A DNA stretch of 64,000 nucleotides from Blepharisma stoltei ATCC 30299. Its lineage: Eukaryota > Protista > Ciliophora. Below are positions 1-12,829 of the stretch, in pieces; the stretch's first letter is position 1, and every line of letters begins with the position of its first letter. The DNA lies in the NCBI GenBank assembly GCA_965603825.1, contig CBFDEM010000033.1:372001-436000 (forward strand). Direction: 5' to 3'. The notes beneath the pieces are model-generated. The model made no database searches, was not told the origin of the DNA, and saw only the letters and a list, made by a program, of their open reading frames with translations. A program made the translations under genes and the position numbers.

Positions 1-1
1 A

Positions 2-3000
2 CATAACATTTTGCCTCATGATTCTTCATCAGTTTTTGTAGCGGATCAACATAAGAAATTCATATGGACTAAAAAATCAGACACATGCGGAACTATGGCA
101 TTTCCATTGTCAGCTGACACTGTTTTTGGTTATGCTTATTCACTGCAAAAAGTTTTGGTGCTTCCAAACTCAGAGCTTCCAGTTTTGCATGATATCAACC
201 TTTATGAAGGCAAAAGCGTCGCGATTTTCCCTATATTGTCTAAAGAGCTGAAAGACCCAAGCATAGGACTTATTGTAATAAGCAGGCAAGAACCTTTTAC
301 AAAGGATGATATACACATGGTAGAAAAGTTTTCAAACTCCTTAAGTACGATTTTCATGAGACTATTCATAGAGCATTTGCCTGAAACAATGCTTGATGAG
401 AGCAAAGTTGAGTCTTCTCCTGATCGAGCTCAAGAAAGTTCTGAGTCAGAGTTTAGAACTGTCAATATTTTTAGAAAAAACTCAGAATTGGCAACACAAT
501 CAAGCTTCTTTTTAAGTCATGAGCTTGCAAGAAGAGAAAAAAGTAAAAAAGAGCCTCCTTTTCTGCTTAAAAGCTTAAATAACATTCTCGGAATTCCAAA
601 AGATACCATTCAAAGTCTGTATGATCTAATCGACGAGCTAGTAAAAAATCCAAATGAGCCTTATATAAAAATTGCTCGAAAACTAACTGAAATCGTCAAA
701 TGTGGTGTCGCGAAGCTCTTTTTATATGATAAGTCTCAAGTAAACTTGATAGAGCAAATTACTATGTCAAGCTACGCTCCAGCTGGACTAGTTAAAAAAT
801 CAATCCAGCAAAAAGAAATAATCAGCATCAAGCATGATGCTGAAAATGACATGAACTTCGAATTCGACTTAGACTCACTCGATTGCGAAGACCAGGTTGA
901 CTCTTATCTCTGCATTCCCATTCTTGATAGCAGGACTGCAGTGATAGGAGTCATTGTATTTGTAAATCTTGATAAGCTTGAAGAAGAGACTTTGCAGGTG
1001 GCTTCATTTTTATCCATCCTTCCAAAAGAGTTCGCAGAGCTCGCTTCTGCTAGAGATGACTCTGCAACTCAATGGAAGAAGATTTTGGAGACAGGAAGGA
1101 AGAATAAAATGCTTCAACACTGGTGTAAACAAGTGTTCCTTGTGTCTAATCAATATCAAAAAAGATGCGCCTATTATAGGGATATCCTTTATAAGATTTC
1201 TTGCTATAACGACTTAGAAAACTTATTGAAGTTCAGCTTGGATTTGGTACAGTCCCATACAAATGCTGATAAAGCTTATATTTATTTATATAAAGACTCA
1301 GAATTCGAAGAATTAACGATTCATGATGGAGAGCCTCATAACCCTCATGAGTGGGAGCTTGATTTTTTTAAGCAGTGCTATGATAAAGGTTCGACTTCTA
1401 CATCATTGAAGCCTAATAAATCGTACCATGTATTAGCTGTTCCTATAATCGAAGATGGGGAGTTCATGGGTCTCCTTTATCTTAAAAACAAAAAAGAGCC
1501 TTCTTTGCTGCAATCTGTAGATTTTACAGCAGAAGATATAGAAATTCTTGAATCCTTAGCCAAAATAATTTCAGTGTCCTTAAAAAAGGGCTCTGATTCA
1601 GATGAAAAAAATGCTAATGAAGAGCTTAAGAATTTTGTAAAAGCAATTGCTTCAGAAAGAGACTCCTATGCCCTTATGACAACAATAAGAAAAGCTGCAG
1701 AACAATTATGTGACTGTGATAGAGCAATTATTTTCACCAAAGAAGAAAATATATTAATAGCGAGACCTCAAGGGCTTGAACAAGACCTTCCTGTGAATTA
1801 TAGCTTTTATATGGGATATGGAATCCCAGGAAGCGTGGCTGCTAAAAAAGCTAAAGAAAACATAAAAGATGCGTATCATGACACTCGATTTACTCCAGAT
1901 GTCGACCGATTGACTGGTTATCGAACGACCAGCATCCTTTGCATGCCTATCTTAGACTCAGAAAAACAAGTACTCGCAGTTATCGAATTAATTAATAAGA
2001 GGCATGCTACTTTTGATGCCAACGATGAAGAAACCATGGATCTTTTCTGTGAAATGGTTTCCGCTGTGCTAGAAAACTGCGACTTATTCACAAATACTAT
2101 TGAAGAGAGAACTAGCTTATTAGGAATACTCAACAGTATCGGAAGCTATGCTTTGGTCCTAAACAGCGAAGGTAAACTAAGCTACGTAAATAAGCCAATT
2201 GAAGGCGTCTTTGGAGTAAATGAATTTATCGTAAAAAAGTTCCATTATACAGGCTGGCTTAAAAATAACCCATCTTTGGTGAGCGATATCCAAAAAGTAT
2301 ATAACGATCCAAGTCTAAAACCTTATAAAACCTCAAAATGCATTTATACCGAGTCCCTCCGAAGCTCTTCATTCCTCTCAATTCTGCCTATAAATGACCA
2401 GATTAAAAACCAAAAGTTTAATTACAGAATTCTAGGCTTAAAAGGCATAAATAAAGGGCAGTTTGAAGGAGTAGTTATCATTTTAGAAGACTGCAGCAGT
2501 CTAGAAGAAATCCACACAAAGTTCAGAGAAGTGAAATCTCAGATAAAAGCTCTCACAACTCCTTTGCAAACTGAAACAGAGCTGCAAAGGTGTATAGAAG
2601 ATCTTGCAGTTATAACAGATAATGAGAATATCAGACCTGAAATCAGAGACAACTTGCAAGATATTATGTCGAGACTTAAAGCTGGAAATTTAAATAGGCC
2701 GAAATATAGATTAGAAGGACCAGTTGATCAAATAGAGCAAGGGATTGAAGCATTAAAGTCGATCTTAGAGCTTGACATGCCAGTTGAAACCCATAGGACC
2801 AGGAGATACTCCTCAATTTCTGAATCTTCTCCTGAGAGTCTTGACTCCTTTTCTCAGCGAGTGTCATTAGACGACATAAGAAACTGGAACTTCAATGCAT
2901 TTGCAGTTGACGATCCTATTGGCTTTGCACATGCCCTTTTGGCTGATTTTGATCTTTTCAAGAGATTCAAAATCCGCCCACACATATTCGTGAATTTCGT

Positions 3001-3814
3001 AGAAGAGTTAAAACACATATGCGACCAGCGTGGGAACCCTTTCCACAACTTTGAGCACAATCTAAGTGTGATGCACAGCACATATATGCTACTTGCCAGC
3101 ACCTCAGCCGGATCATATTTTAAGCCTGCTGATATTTTAGCATTGCTAGTTGGATCAGTTTGCCATGATTTAGACCATACTGGAAGAAATAATCCATTTG
3201 AATGCGCAAAGTCTTCGAGGCTAGCAATAATGTACCATGATAAATCAGTTTTGGAGCAGCATCACGCTGCAACAGCTTTCTTCACTATGCAGAATGAAAA
3301 CTGCAATATTTTTAAGCATTTGAAGCCTACAAAGTATAGGTATATAAGGAAATTAATGATTTCTTCAATTCTGGCAACTGATATGAGTAAGCACTTGGGG
3401 ATGATGTCAAATATGACTAGGAGGTTCAATGATTTAGTCGAAAATCCTCTAGGCACGCTGGAAAAAGACACAGAAAAAGTAGCAGGGTTTGTGCTGCACT
3501 CTTGCGATCTTGCACATGGCACTAAAGCATTTTCTGTATATGAAATCTGGTCCAGGAGAGTCTGTGAGGAATTTTCAGAGCAATATAAGGATGAAGTAGC
3601 ACTAGGACTTACACCAACTGGGTTCATGAAAGACCTTGATAAGCCCAAAGTTTATTATTCAAATGAGATCAACTTTATGAAGTTTGTTGTTAGGCCGCTG
3701 TGGGAGTGCTTAGACTTGTGGCTTAAGCCTAATTTGAGTAACTACTTACAAAATATGAATAAGAATATTGAAGAAATGCAGGCTAGACTAGAAAACGAAG
3801 ATGAAGCAGCATAG
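2..3814 (+). CDS. Multi-GAF (plus PAS-like segment) class I cyclic-nucleotide phosphodiesterase, 5'-truncated by the window
   Basis: Frame open from the window start; GAF motifs (YRTTSILCMPI...VIELINK...FDANDE); PDEase_I motifs HNFEH, CHDLDHTGRNN, SVLEQHH, ILATDM; TAG stop. Confidence 0.93.
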   Translation, partial: HNILPHDSSSVFVADQHKKFIWTKKSDTCGTMAFPLSADTVFGYAYSLQKVLVLPNSELPVLHDINLYEGKSVAIFPILSKELKDPSIGLIVISRQEPFTKDDIHMVEKFSNSLSTIFMRLFIEHLPETMLDESKVESSPDRAQESSESEFRTVNIFRKNSELATQSSFFLSHELARREKSKKEPPFLLKSLNNILGIPKDTIQSLYDLIDELVKNPNEPYIKIARKLTEIVKCGVAKLFLYDKSQVNLIEQITMSSYAPAGLVKKSIQQKEIISIKHDAENDMNFEFDLDSLDCEDQVDSYLCIPILDSRTAVIGVIVFVNLDKLEEETLQVASFLSILPKEFAELASARDDSATQWKKILETGRKNKMLQHWCKQVFLVSNQYQKRCAYYRDILYKISCYNDLENLLKFSLDLVQSHTNADKAYIYLYKDSEFEELTIHDGEPHNPHEWELDFFKQCYDKGSTSTSLKPNKSYHVLAVPIIEDGEFMGLLYLKNKKEPSLLQSVDFTAEDIEILESLAKIISVSLKKGSDSDEKNANEELKNFVKAIASERDSYALMTTIRKAAEQLCDCDRAIIFTKEENILIARPQGLEQDLPVNYSFYMGYGIPGSVAAKKAKENIKDAYHDTRFTPDVDRLTGYRTTSILCMPILDSEKQVLAVIELINKRHATFDANDEETMDLFCEMVSAVLENCDLFTNTIEERTSLLGILNSIGSYALVLNSEGKLSYVNKPIEGVFGVNEFIVKKFHYTGWLKNNPSLVSDIQKVYNDPSLKPYKTSKCIYTESLRSSSFLSILPINDQIKNQKFNYRILGLKGINKGQFEGVVIILEDCSSLEEIHTKFREVKSQIKALTTPLQTETELQRCIEDLAVITDNENIRPEIRDNLQDIMSRLKAGNLNRPKYRLEGPVDQIEQGIEALKSILELDMPVETHRTRRYSSISESSPESLDSFSQRVSLDDIRNWNFNAFAVDDPIGFAHALLADFDLFKRFKIRPHIFVNFVEELKHICDQRGNPFHNFEHNLSVMHSTYMLLASTSAGSYFKPADILALLVGSVCHDLDHTGRNNPFECAKSSRLAIMYHDKSVLEQHHAATAFFTMQNENCNIFKHLKPTKYRYIRKLMISSILATDMSKHLGMMSNMTRRFNDLVENPLGTLEKDTEKVAGFVLHSCDLAHGTKAFSVYEIWSRRVCEEFSEQYKDEVALGLTPTGFMKDLDKPKVYYSNEINFMKFVVRPLWECLDLWLKPNLSNYLQNMNKNIEEMQARLENEDEAA

Positions 3815-4808
3815 AAGCTCGAGCCTTATAATTTTAAATGATCAATATTTTAAGCTTTCATATGTGCTGCTCCATTTTCCTATTTATATAGGTGGGCTTA
3901 TTTAGATAGTTTAAAAGACTAATATGACTTAAAAAGCTTTAGCATTAAATTGTTATATATTGATGTTTAAAATCACTGATAATAAGACAATTATCATCCT
4001 TTGAGTGACGAATATACTGATTTATTTACCTTAATTAGTTAAAATCTAAAATTATTATTCTTTTCTGTTGCAATGGAAACTTTTAGAAAATTAATGATAA
4101 ATAATTTGTCCAAAAAGTTAAATGTTGCAATAAGAAGATAGATTAGAAAAAGTAGGAGAATTTCATAGTAAATAGCTAATACATTTAAATGATATTTTAA
4201 TGCTAAAATAAAAGAATCAATACAATTTGAGAGATAACCTGACACTAAATAATTCATAAAAATGGCAAGCAGGACAATCAAAGTTTAAATTTAGACAAGA
4301 TCAGTATCGATAGATATGCTTCCATAAACAATTTATAAACTTTGAAAAACAATAAAAGTCTGATAAATTTTTGTTTTTTGAAATTTTCATTTATTTCAAT
4401 TTTCCCAAATAGATTTCATAGTAATAGATTTCCAAATTGATCTTAAATCATCATTAGCAATCACTAGCAAAAATTATTAAATTCACCTGATTTTTACCCA
4501 AATCATTAAAATGGCGAAATTATCCAAGGCCAGTATAGTTCGAGTAAGTCTTTCTCTATCTAATTTTTTCGCAATTTATTGAATTATTTTGAATGGATTT
4601 AAATATAAACAAGTCTCAGCTTCTTTTAAAAAAAAGCCTACATCCTGAATCAAAATATTTAAATAAGCTATTATGAATATTTTCACCAATATTTTATTAG
4701 GGGAGATCTTGATTACAGTTTAAGAAATATAAATATTAGCACTTATTTTAAGCATCCTTAATAAGAAACAATAGTGTTGCCATTAGCTGTTGAATAATAA
4801 TAGTGGTG

Positions 4809-7571
4809 ATGGCAAACTACGAAAAGCTGAAAGAAGAGGTAAATGAAGAGCCAAAAGAGAAGGCCAACAAGTTAACGCCAGAGCAGCTGGCAGAAATGAA
4901 TACGCCTGAATCAGGGCTGACAAGCTCAGAAGCAGCGAGAAGATTAGCTAGAGATGGGTAATTAATATTAAGGCCAAATATGCTTCCTGAGAAAAAGACC
5001 AATCCATTTCTCAAGTTCCTAAGCTATTTTTGGGGTCCAATGCCAGGCATGATTTGGGCAGCCATTTTGATTGAGCTGATCCGACTTTCATGGCTTGACT
5101 TTGGAGTTCTGATGATTTTACAATTTGTGAATGGCTTTGTAGGCTGGTATGAAGAAAAAAATGCTGGGAATGCAATAGAAGCACTCAAAAAGAATATGGC
5201 CCCTAAAGCCAAATGCAAGAGAGATGGACAATACGAGACAATAAATGCGAAAGATTTAGTCATAGGTGATAGAATTAACTTAAAGCTTGGAGACATAATT
5301 CCCGCTGATGCAGTCTTAGGGCCAGGGTTTGCTGAAATTGATCAATCAGCTCTAACTGGTGAGTCTTTAGCGGTCATGAAATATGAAGGTGATACAGTCT
5401 ATCAAGGCTCAGTATGCAAAAGAGGAGACCTTGAAGCCATTGTAATGGCTACTGGGGCAAGAACTTTTTTTGGGAGGACTTCAGCCTTGGTTGGTTCTGT
5501 TAACCAGCGCGGGAACTTCCAAAAAGTCTTACTAAAAGTCGCTTTTTCTTTGCTTATTGTTTCTGTTGTTTTGGTTATTGTAATTCTTATAGTGAACTTG
5601 GCAAAAGGGAACAACTTCCTGGAAACCTTGTCCATTTGTGTCGTTTTATTAGTCGCCTCAATCCCTATCGCCATGCAGGTTGTGTGCACAGCAACTATGG
5701 CTGTTGGAGCACATGCTTTAGCAACACGAAAAGCAATTGTGAGTAGGCTGACTGCAATTGAAGAACTAGCAGGAATGAAAATTCTCTGCAGTGATAAAAC
5801 TGGAACACTAACAAAGAACGAGTTGACAATTCAAAATCCAGTGCTGCTTAAAAATTATAAAGCTGAAGATTTATTTTTAGTTGCAGGACTTGCAGCTAAA
5901 AGAGAAGTGGGATCTCAAGACGCCATTGATAAATGTATTACTGAGTATGCTTATGAAAAATGCAGGATCAGCTATGATGGCTACGAAGAAGAAGAATTTG
6001 TTCCATTTGACCCAAAAATCAAGCGAACAGAAGCAACTGTGAGAAACCGTAAGGGAGAAATTTTCAGATGTACAAAAGGAGCTCCACAAGTTGTTTTAGC
6101 TATGGCTGCAGACCCAAGTATCGAAGAAGAAGTATCAGGGCACGTTCTAGATTTAGCTGCAAGAGGATACAGAACTCTTGGAGTCGCCAAGATGGACCCT
6201 GGCGAAACCAAGTGGAAAATGATAGGGCTAATTTCACTTTATGACCCTCCAAGAGATGATACCAAAGAAACAATACAAAAAGCTTTACAAATGGAAGTCA
6301 AGGTCAAAATGATCACTGGTGATCAGCTTGCTATAGCCAAAGAAACTGCCAGATTGCTGAATATGGGGGATAAAATATATAACTCTGATATGCTCCAAGC
6401 TGAAACAAACACTGTCAGTCGAGAAATTTTAGACTCCATGGTAGAAGAAGCTGATGGGTTTGCAGAAGTCTTCCCTGAGCATAAATTTGCAATTGTAAAA
6501 ATGCTTCAAGAGAGAGGCTTCAGGTGTGGAATGACTGGAGATGGTGTCAATGATGCTCCTGCTTTGAAAAAAGCTGATGTAGGAATTGCTGTTGATGGCG
6601 CCACTGACGCTGCAAGAGCTGCTGCTGACATTGTCTTGACAAGTCCAGGGCTTAGTGTAATTATAGAAGCTATCTATAGAGCCAGAAAGACATTCCAAAG
6701 GATGAATAACTATTGCACATATAGAATTGCTTGTACTTTCCAAATCATCATCTTCTTCTTCATCACTATGGTCGCTGTCGACCCTTCAGACGATTTTACA
6801 TGCAAAGGGCATGGCTGTGGAAGTATTCCGAATACTTTTGCTTTGCCTGTTATATGTCTCGTCATTATGGTCATTCTGAATGATGGACTAATCATTTCAA
6901 TCGCTTATGACAAAGTTACTGTGAATAAAAAGCCTGAGGCCTGGAACATGGTCCTTATCTTTTCAAATTCGACCGTTTTAGGCTTCATTGCTTTTATCTC
7001 CTCTCTCATTTTATTACTGCTCTGTTTAGACAATATGAACAGCCATGATAAAAATGTATTTTTGAATGCATTCGGAATTGAAGCTATGAGATATGGAGAA
7101 ATTCTTACAATCATATTCATGAAAGTCTCCATTTCAAACTTCCTGACTGTGTTTTCTGCTAGGACAATGAGCTGGTTCTGGACAAGAATGCCAGGAAAGC
7201 TGCTATTCAGTGCAGATATGTTCGGAATTGTCGTGTGTTTGTTCCTTTCTTGCTATTGGTTCTTAAACATCAGTGTCGGAGAAAGCAGCAACATCCCTGA
7301 TATGAAGCCTATTAGCTGGGGAGTCGCTATGTGGATTTTGGGCTATGACATCGTCTTTTTCATTCTCCAAGACATTGCCAAACTTATCATGATCAGAACT
7401 TTTGACGCTTACTACAAATCGCAAGGAAAAGAAGGAGGATACTCAGGAGCTATGCTTACAGACTCATTCTTGGTTTTCACAGACGTAGTTTCAGACAAGC
7501 GAAATACAAGGAAGTCTATCGTGACCAGAAGATCAATGGTTGCTGCTCAAGACGTCCATGGAGGTCGTTAA
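4809..7571 (+). CDS. PMA: Plasma-membrane P3A-type H+-ATPase (2 exons)
   Basis: ATG 4809 gives GLTSSEAARRLARDG^PNMLPEKK after removing the 4958-4972 intron; TGES, PIAM, DKTGTLT, KGAPQ, TGDGVNDAPALKKA, ILNDG motifs. Confidence 0.95.
4958..4972 (+). other. 15-nt spliceosomal intron GTAATTAATATTAAG
   Basis: In-frame TAA if retained; removal restores the conserved G-P-N motif of the ATPase N-terminus. Confidence 0.9.
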
Positions 7572-7628
7572 GAGGAAATCTAATAATTTAGGTAAATTCC
7601 AAAACTGTGACACTTATTTTATTATTAA

Positions 7629-9032
7629 ATGGAACCACTCTTAGATCCACTGCGCGACCGAGCCGTGCAAGATCTTGTCCCTCCGCCTCACCGAGCGCTG
7701 GATAGAGTAAAGCTTTATCCTAGAGGGATTGCAAACCCTCCTGATTGGATCGTGCTAAGGGACCATCTGCAAGGAGAAGGCAGAATTTCGAAACAGGATT
7801 GCTTACTGTTGATAAGGCAGGCATCTGATGTGTTTAGAAGGGAAAGAAACTTATTAGAACTCAAAGACCCAGTTACGGTGGTTGGGGATATTCATGGCCA
7901 GTATTATGACTTATTGAGGCTGCTTGAACTGGGTGGAGATCCAAATCGAACTAAGTATTTGTTTTTAGGAGACTATGTAGATAGAGGCTCTTTTTCAATT
8001 GAAGTCACACTCTTGTTGTATGCGGTCAAACTTAATTTTCCTCAAACTGTTTATATGCTAAGAGGAAACCATGAATGCAGGCAGATGACATCATTTTTTA
8101 ACTTCAGAGAAGAAACGCTTTACAAATTTGACACTGAAACATATGATGCAATCATGGAAAGTTTTGACTCACTGCCTTTGGCTTGTATAGTTAATAATAA
8201 ATTTTTAGCTGTTCACGGAGGGATCTCTCCAGAACTGATGACTTTGGAAGACATTTCCAGGCTCAGCCGTTTTCAAGAGCCACCAAGACAAGGACTTTAT
8301 TGTGACATCCTTTGAAGCGATCCAGTTGATAGCGACACAGGAAGTTGTCCAGAAAAATATAGAGTCAACACTGTAAGAGGGTGCAGTTTCTATTTTGGCT
8401 TGTCAGCAGCTAATGGATTTCTAAAAAAAAACAGGCTGCTTTCCATCCTCAGAGCACACGAAGCACAGCTAGATGGCTATAAAATGCATAGATGGAGTGG
8501 TACCTCAGAATTCCCCTGCGTCATTACAGTATTTTCAGCTCCAAACTACTGCGACGTTTACAACAATAAAGGTGCGATTCTTAAATTTGACAACAATACA
8601 CTCAATATCCAGCAGTTCAACTATACGGCCCATCCTTACATTCTTCCAAATTTCATGGGCCTGTTTGAGTGGAGTATTCCTTTTGTAATAGAAAAAGTAT
8701 TGGAGATGATTAAAACTGTGATCAAGCCTGACATTGCTGACTCAAAGCGTGGAGTCGAGGTAGGGTCACAAGTGAAGAAGCTTCAAGAAGATGTCAGAGA
8801 AGCCAAAGTCGAAATTTTCAGAAACAAAGTGAAGGCAGTGACGAAGATGATCAAGATGTTTAAGACCTTGAGAGAAGAAAAAGAAATTATTATGCAATTA
8901 AAAGGCTTATGCCCTGACAATAAAGTGCCTAGAGGACTATTGCAGCAGGGAAGAGAAGCAATTTTAGGAGCAGTTGATTCGTTTTCTACAGCAAAGACGT
9001 GGGATATAATAAATGAAAAGAGACCTGATTAG
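7629..9032 (+). CDS. CNA: Calcineurin A (PP2B catalytic subunit)
   Basis: GDIHGQ, GDYVDRG, RGNHE, CDIL(TGA=W, 8313-8315)SDP, FSAPNY, CaM-binding RNKVKAVTKMIKMF and C-terminal autoinhibitory DIINEKRP; two track ORFs join in one frame. Confidence 0.96.
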
Positions 9033-9164
9033 TATAGTTATTGCTAAGTGGTTATTTTAAACGTAGCAAGGAGTATAGCTAAACTAACATTGTCATAGAA
9101 ATTTTAAATAAATTCTTCTGTAGAGAAATTGTTTCGATTTAAATTTAATTTATCTCAAATTATA

Positions 9165-12100
9165 ATGATGCTCTTGAAGTCTCAATCTCCAATGTACCAA
9201 GCCGCAGGCCTAGTGACAACTATAAATAGAATTCGCTATCGATCTCCTTCCCATCGTGCAAAGCTCTCTCCAAAATCTTCATCAAAATCACGAAAAAGAT
9301 GTAGTCCCAAAATCAATCATTCTTTTGCAGCATATGAAGAATCTTCCCCTTCCTCTATAAAACTTCGAAGCACCTCAGTAGATCGAACCCGTCACAACTC
9401 TATAGGAGAAATGAAATCAGTTAGATCAAGACACACGACTCTTAGATCAGTCACAAAAATTTCTGATATTTTAGAAAACCTAGAAGTTCAAATCGAGATA
9501 GGTAGGCAAGCTATCAAGGACGGCAATTTTTCCCAAGCGGTTGAAATTTTTCAAGGTGTTTTGGAAAAAGATAGAGGAAATTTTGATGCTCTCTATGGAA
9601 GGGCTATATCTTATATGCATTTACAAGACCATAAATCAGCTGTTGCTGATTTGTTGATCGTGGCAAAGGAGAACCCTGTTTATGATAGACAGTTATATAC
9701 AGCTTTAAGCATGTGCTTTATCGCTATGAATGATATTTCGACTGCTTTAAGGCTTATATCTAAAGGCTTATCTAAGTTTCCTAGATTTGCAGAAGGGTAC
9801 GTGGTAAGAGGGCAAATATATTTGAAGCAGGAAAAGAATGAGAAAGCTTTATGTGATTTTAAGCAAGCTATCGCATTTAATCCAAAAGATGGATCAGCCT
9901 ATTTAGGAGTAGCTGACTGTTTAAGCTTTGCGGAAAACAAAGAAAGCTGCCTTGAAGCATTAAATAAAGCGATATCTTGCCCAGAGACTTCTATGGCTGC
10001 ACTACTTAAAAGAGCAAAATTTTTTTCTTCATTGGATAAAAATGACCAAGCTCTTGATGATTTGAATAAATATATATCTTATAAATCAGAAGACTCTGAG
10101 GCTTATTTTGATAAGGCTTCGCTATTGCTAAAGACTAATCAGTTCAATGAAGCTGCTTTATGTTTTGAACAAGTAATAAAATATGACCAACAAAGCAATT
10201 ACTCAAATCAAGCTGTTTTTCATTTAGGAGCTCTAAAAATTAGAGAAAGGGATTATTATGGAGCCTTACACACTTTTAAACGAACCAATTGGCAAAAAGA
10301 AATCAAAGACCAAAAGACACTGAGGCACTATGCAGAAGCTGTGATTAATCTTATGAAAAGAAAATACAAAGAAGGGATAGCATATTTCACAAAACTAATA
10401 AAAAGTGGGGATAATGTTATTCAAGAATACTTAGCTAATTGCTATGCATACCGAGCTTATGGCTATTGCGCTCTAAATAAGCATGATAAAGCACTTCAAG
10501 ACTTTAAAAAAGCTTCATTGATATCAACCTTAAATAAGGCTTCATTATATAATCAAAACCTAGCTCATGGGCTATGAGATGCAAAAAAAGGGGATTTTCA
10601 GGCTGCTTTGAAACATTTAAATAAAGCTCATAAGCACTTCCCTAAAAATCCTGACCCATTGATTTACCATGCTGCTATATTGCTGCATTTAGCATATAAA
10701 GCTTCTCCTCATAATGATTTATACATAATTGAGGCTGAAGAGCTATTGGAGAAAGCATTTAAACTGCGAGACCCAGAAAGTGACATTTATTACTACAAAT
10801 CTATAATAAAATATTTGGGAAATAAATTGTCTACTGCTTTAGAAGATGCAAAACTTGCAATTGACAAAGCAGAAGAAAATGTTCCAGAGCATTATGTTCT
10901 TCGGGGATTAATCCAAGCTGCGCTTCATAGTTATGAAGAAGCTTTACAAGATTTTACCATTGCAATCCAACTGAATGAAGAACTGCATTACGCAAACTCT
11001 TATCGAGCCCGTGTTGCTTATTTATCAGATGATACAGAGCTTGCTTATAGTGATTTTCAAAAGCATATTGTTTCGTGTCCAGATGATAGGGAGGCTCATA
11101 TAAATCTTGGAAATCTTCTTATGTCATCAGGATCTTATGATGATGCTATTAATGCTTTTAATAATGCATTAGTCCTAGACAAAAGCCTTGCGGCAGCATA
11201 TCAAAAGACAAAATGCTATATTTTGCTTAATAAAATTGATGAAGCAATTGATGAATTAAATAAAATTTTGCAGCTAGATCCAAATTCTACTGCTGCATTG
11301 AAGGATAAAGAAATTTCAGTATTCCTGCAAAAAATAATTTCAGAGCCAAAGGATTTTAAGGTCTTTTTGAATGCTATTGAAATGTGCAATAATTGGCTAA
11401 ATGAAGAATTTGGAGAAATTTTTGAAAAGAAAAATATTCACTGAATGAAAGGGATTTTTTTAATGTACACGAAAGAATATGGCTTAGCTTTGGATGAATT
11501 TCAAGAAGCTCTGGAAATTATCCATTCCAAAGAAACTTTATCAATGACTTCTGATGAAGCTCTTGCTGCAGAAGAAGAAAACTGCGAAATTCTTTACAAC
11601 ATTGGCTTATGCCATTTATTTGTAATTTCTATTTAGTACAATAAAGAGCAATCTTTAGTCATTTTCCAAGATTTATCTGAAGTCCTCAACAATAAGCACA
11701 AAGGGCAGATGCTTTTTCTATCAGCATTATCAGAGCTTTCATTAGGAAACAACGAGCCTGCTGAAAAATTGCTGCAAGAAGCTTTCAAGTGCGACCCAGA
11801 AACAATCAGTCCATTTCTCAATGATAAGCCAACTCTTTTATTGCCATTGAATACAAACAATTCATTTTCCTCTAATTTTCCTTTAATTACGTTACCTTTT
11901 TCAAATATACCTCAGCTAGAAGCAAGGCCTGCAATTTCTCTGCCAAGAGTCAGGCTTCCTTCATTTGAATTTCAAATTGAAGAAAAAGTAAAAGAATTCT
12001 TTGATTTTACAAAAATTTTGCCAAAGCCAGAAGCTCCTTGATTAAACAGAGTGAGAGGATCGATACAATTTACTGAAAATATTGTGGAATTTGATATAGA

Positions 12101-12344
12101 CCCATCTGATTCTGATGAAGAAAAAGAAAAAATTGAGGATAAAAGCACAAATGAGATCAGTGATAATTCTGAAAGAAAAGTAAAATCGTTAATTCCTATA
12201 AGACATAAAACCCCAAGCCCTAATAGCATTTCTATAGATATGAAGGATATTGATGAATTTAACTCCGGAAGCCAGAATGGAAATAAAGAAATGGCTCCAA
12301 AGCACATTCTTCAAAAAATCAAAGATGTTTGTAAAGCAGAATAA
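9165..12344 (+). CDS. Large tetratricopeptide-repeat (TPR) protein
   Basis: Many TPR helices; single frame through TGA at 10575, 11442 and 12039 and a 15-nt intron at 11622-11636; first ATG at 9165. Confidence 0.85.
11622..11636 (+). other. 15-nt intron GTAATTTCTATTTAG
   Basis: In-frame TAG; frame continues after removal. Confidence 0.85.
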
Positions 12345-12829
12345 TGTAAATTATTTTATTTAAAATAATTTTAATAATTTATCTAATTTTTTAAAGCATT
12401 AAGTTATTAGTTTCTATCTATTCAGTATAATTTTCATTAAATTGCTCTCTATCTAAAAGTATGTATTTAAAATTCAAACATTCCTTTTAGATAATTGCTT
12501 AAAATAAAAATTAATATCGACTGCTATGGCTATTTTTCTATTTTAGGCTCTTTTTGCAGGAAAAATACTTGAATATGCATGAAATGGGCTTTTGCACTAT
12601 TGCTGGCATTATAGCACCCCTAATTTGAAATATTTAATTTTTATGTAGGATTATCATTTAGTGTATTATCACAAAGACAGTTCAAAATGGTTTGGAATCA
12701 AAAATTATTCTTTGGACATTTATTTGAAACGAAATTTCAAACTAAATCTTTACTTATTAATGATACAGTTTCTGAGGAGTTTATTTATTTACCATGACAA
12801 ATAACAGATTTAAAAATTACAATGAATTT

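Noticed and set aside
275-290. 16-nt GT...AG segment in the PDE gene
   Set aside because: Removal would frameshift an uninterrupted ORF; GC-rich and unlike the true introns
4511-4666. 51-codon ORF (MAKLSKASIVRV...) upstream of the H+-ATPase when UGA is read as Trp
   Set aside because: Short, AT-rich and without a motif; expected by chance once TGA is not a stop; needs expression data
8313-8315. In-frame TGA as selenocysteine or cysteine (Euplotes-type)
   Set aside because: Aligned positions are invariant Trp, not Cys, and TGA occurs in many non-redox proteins
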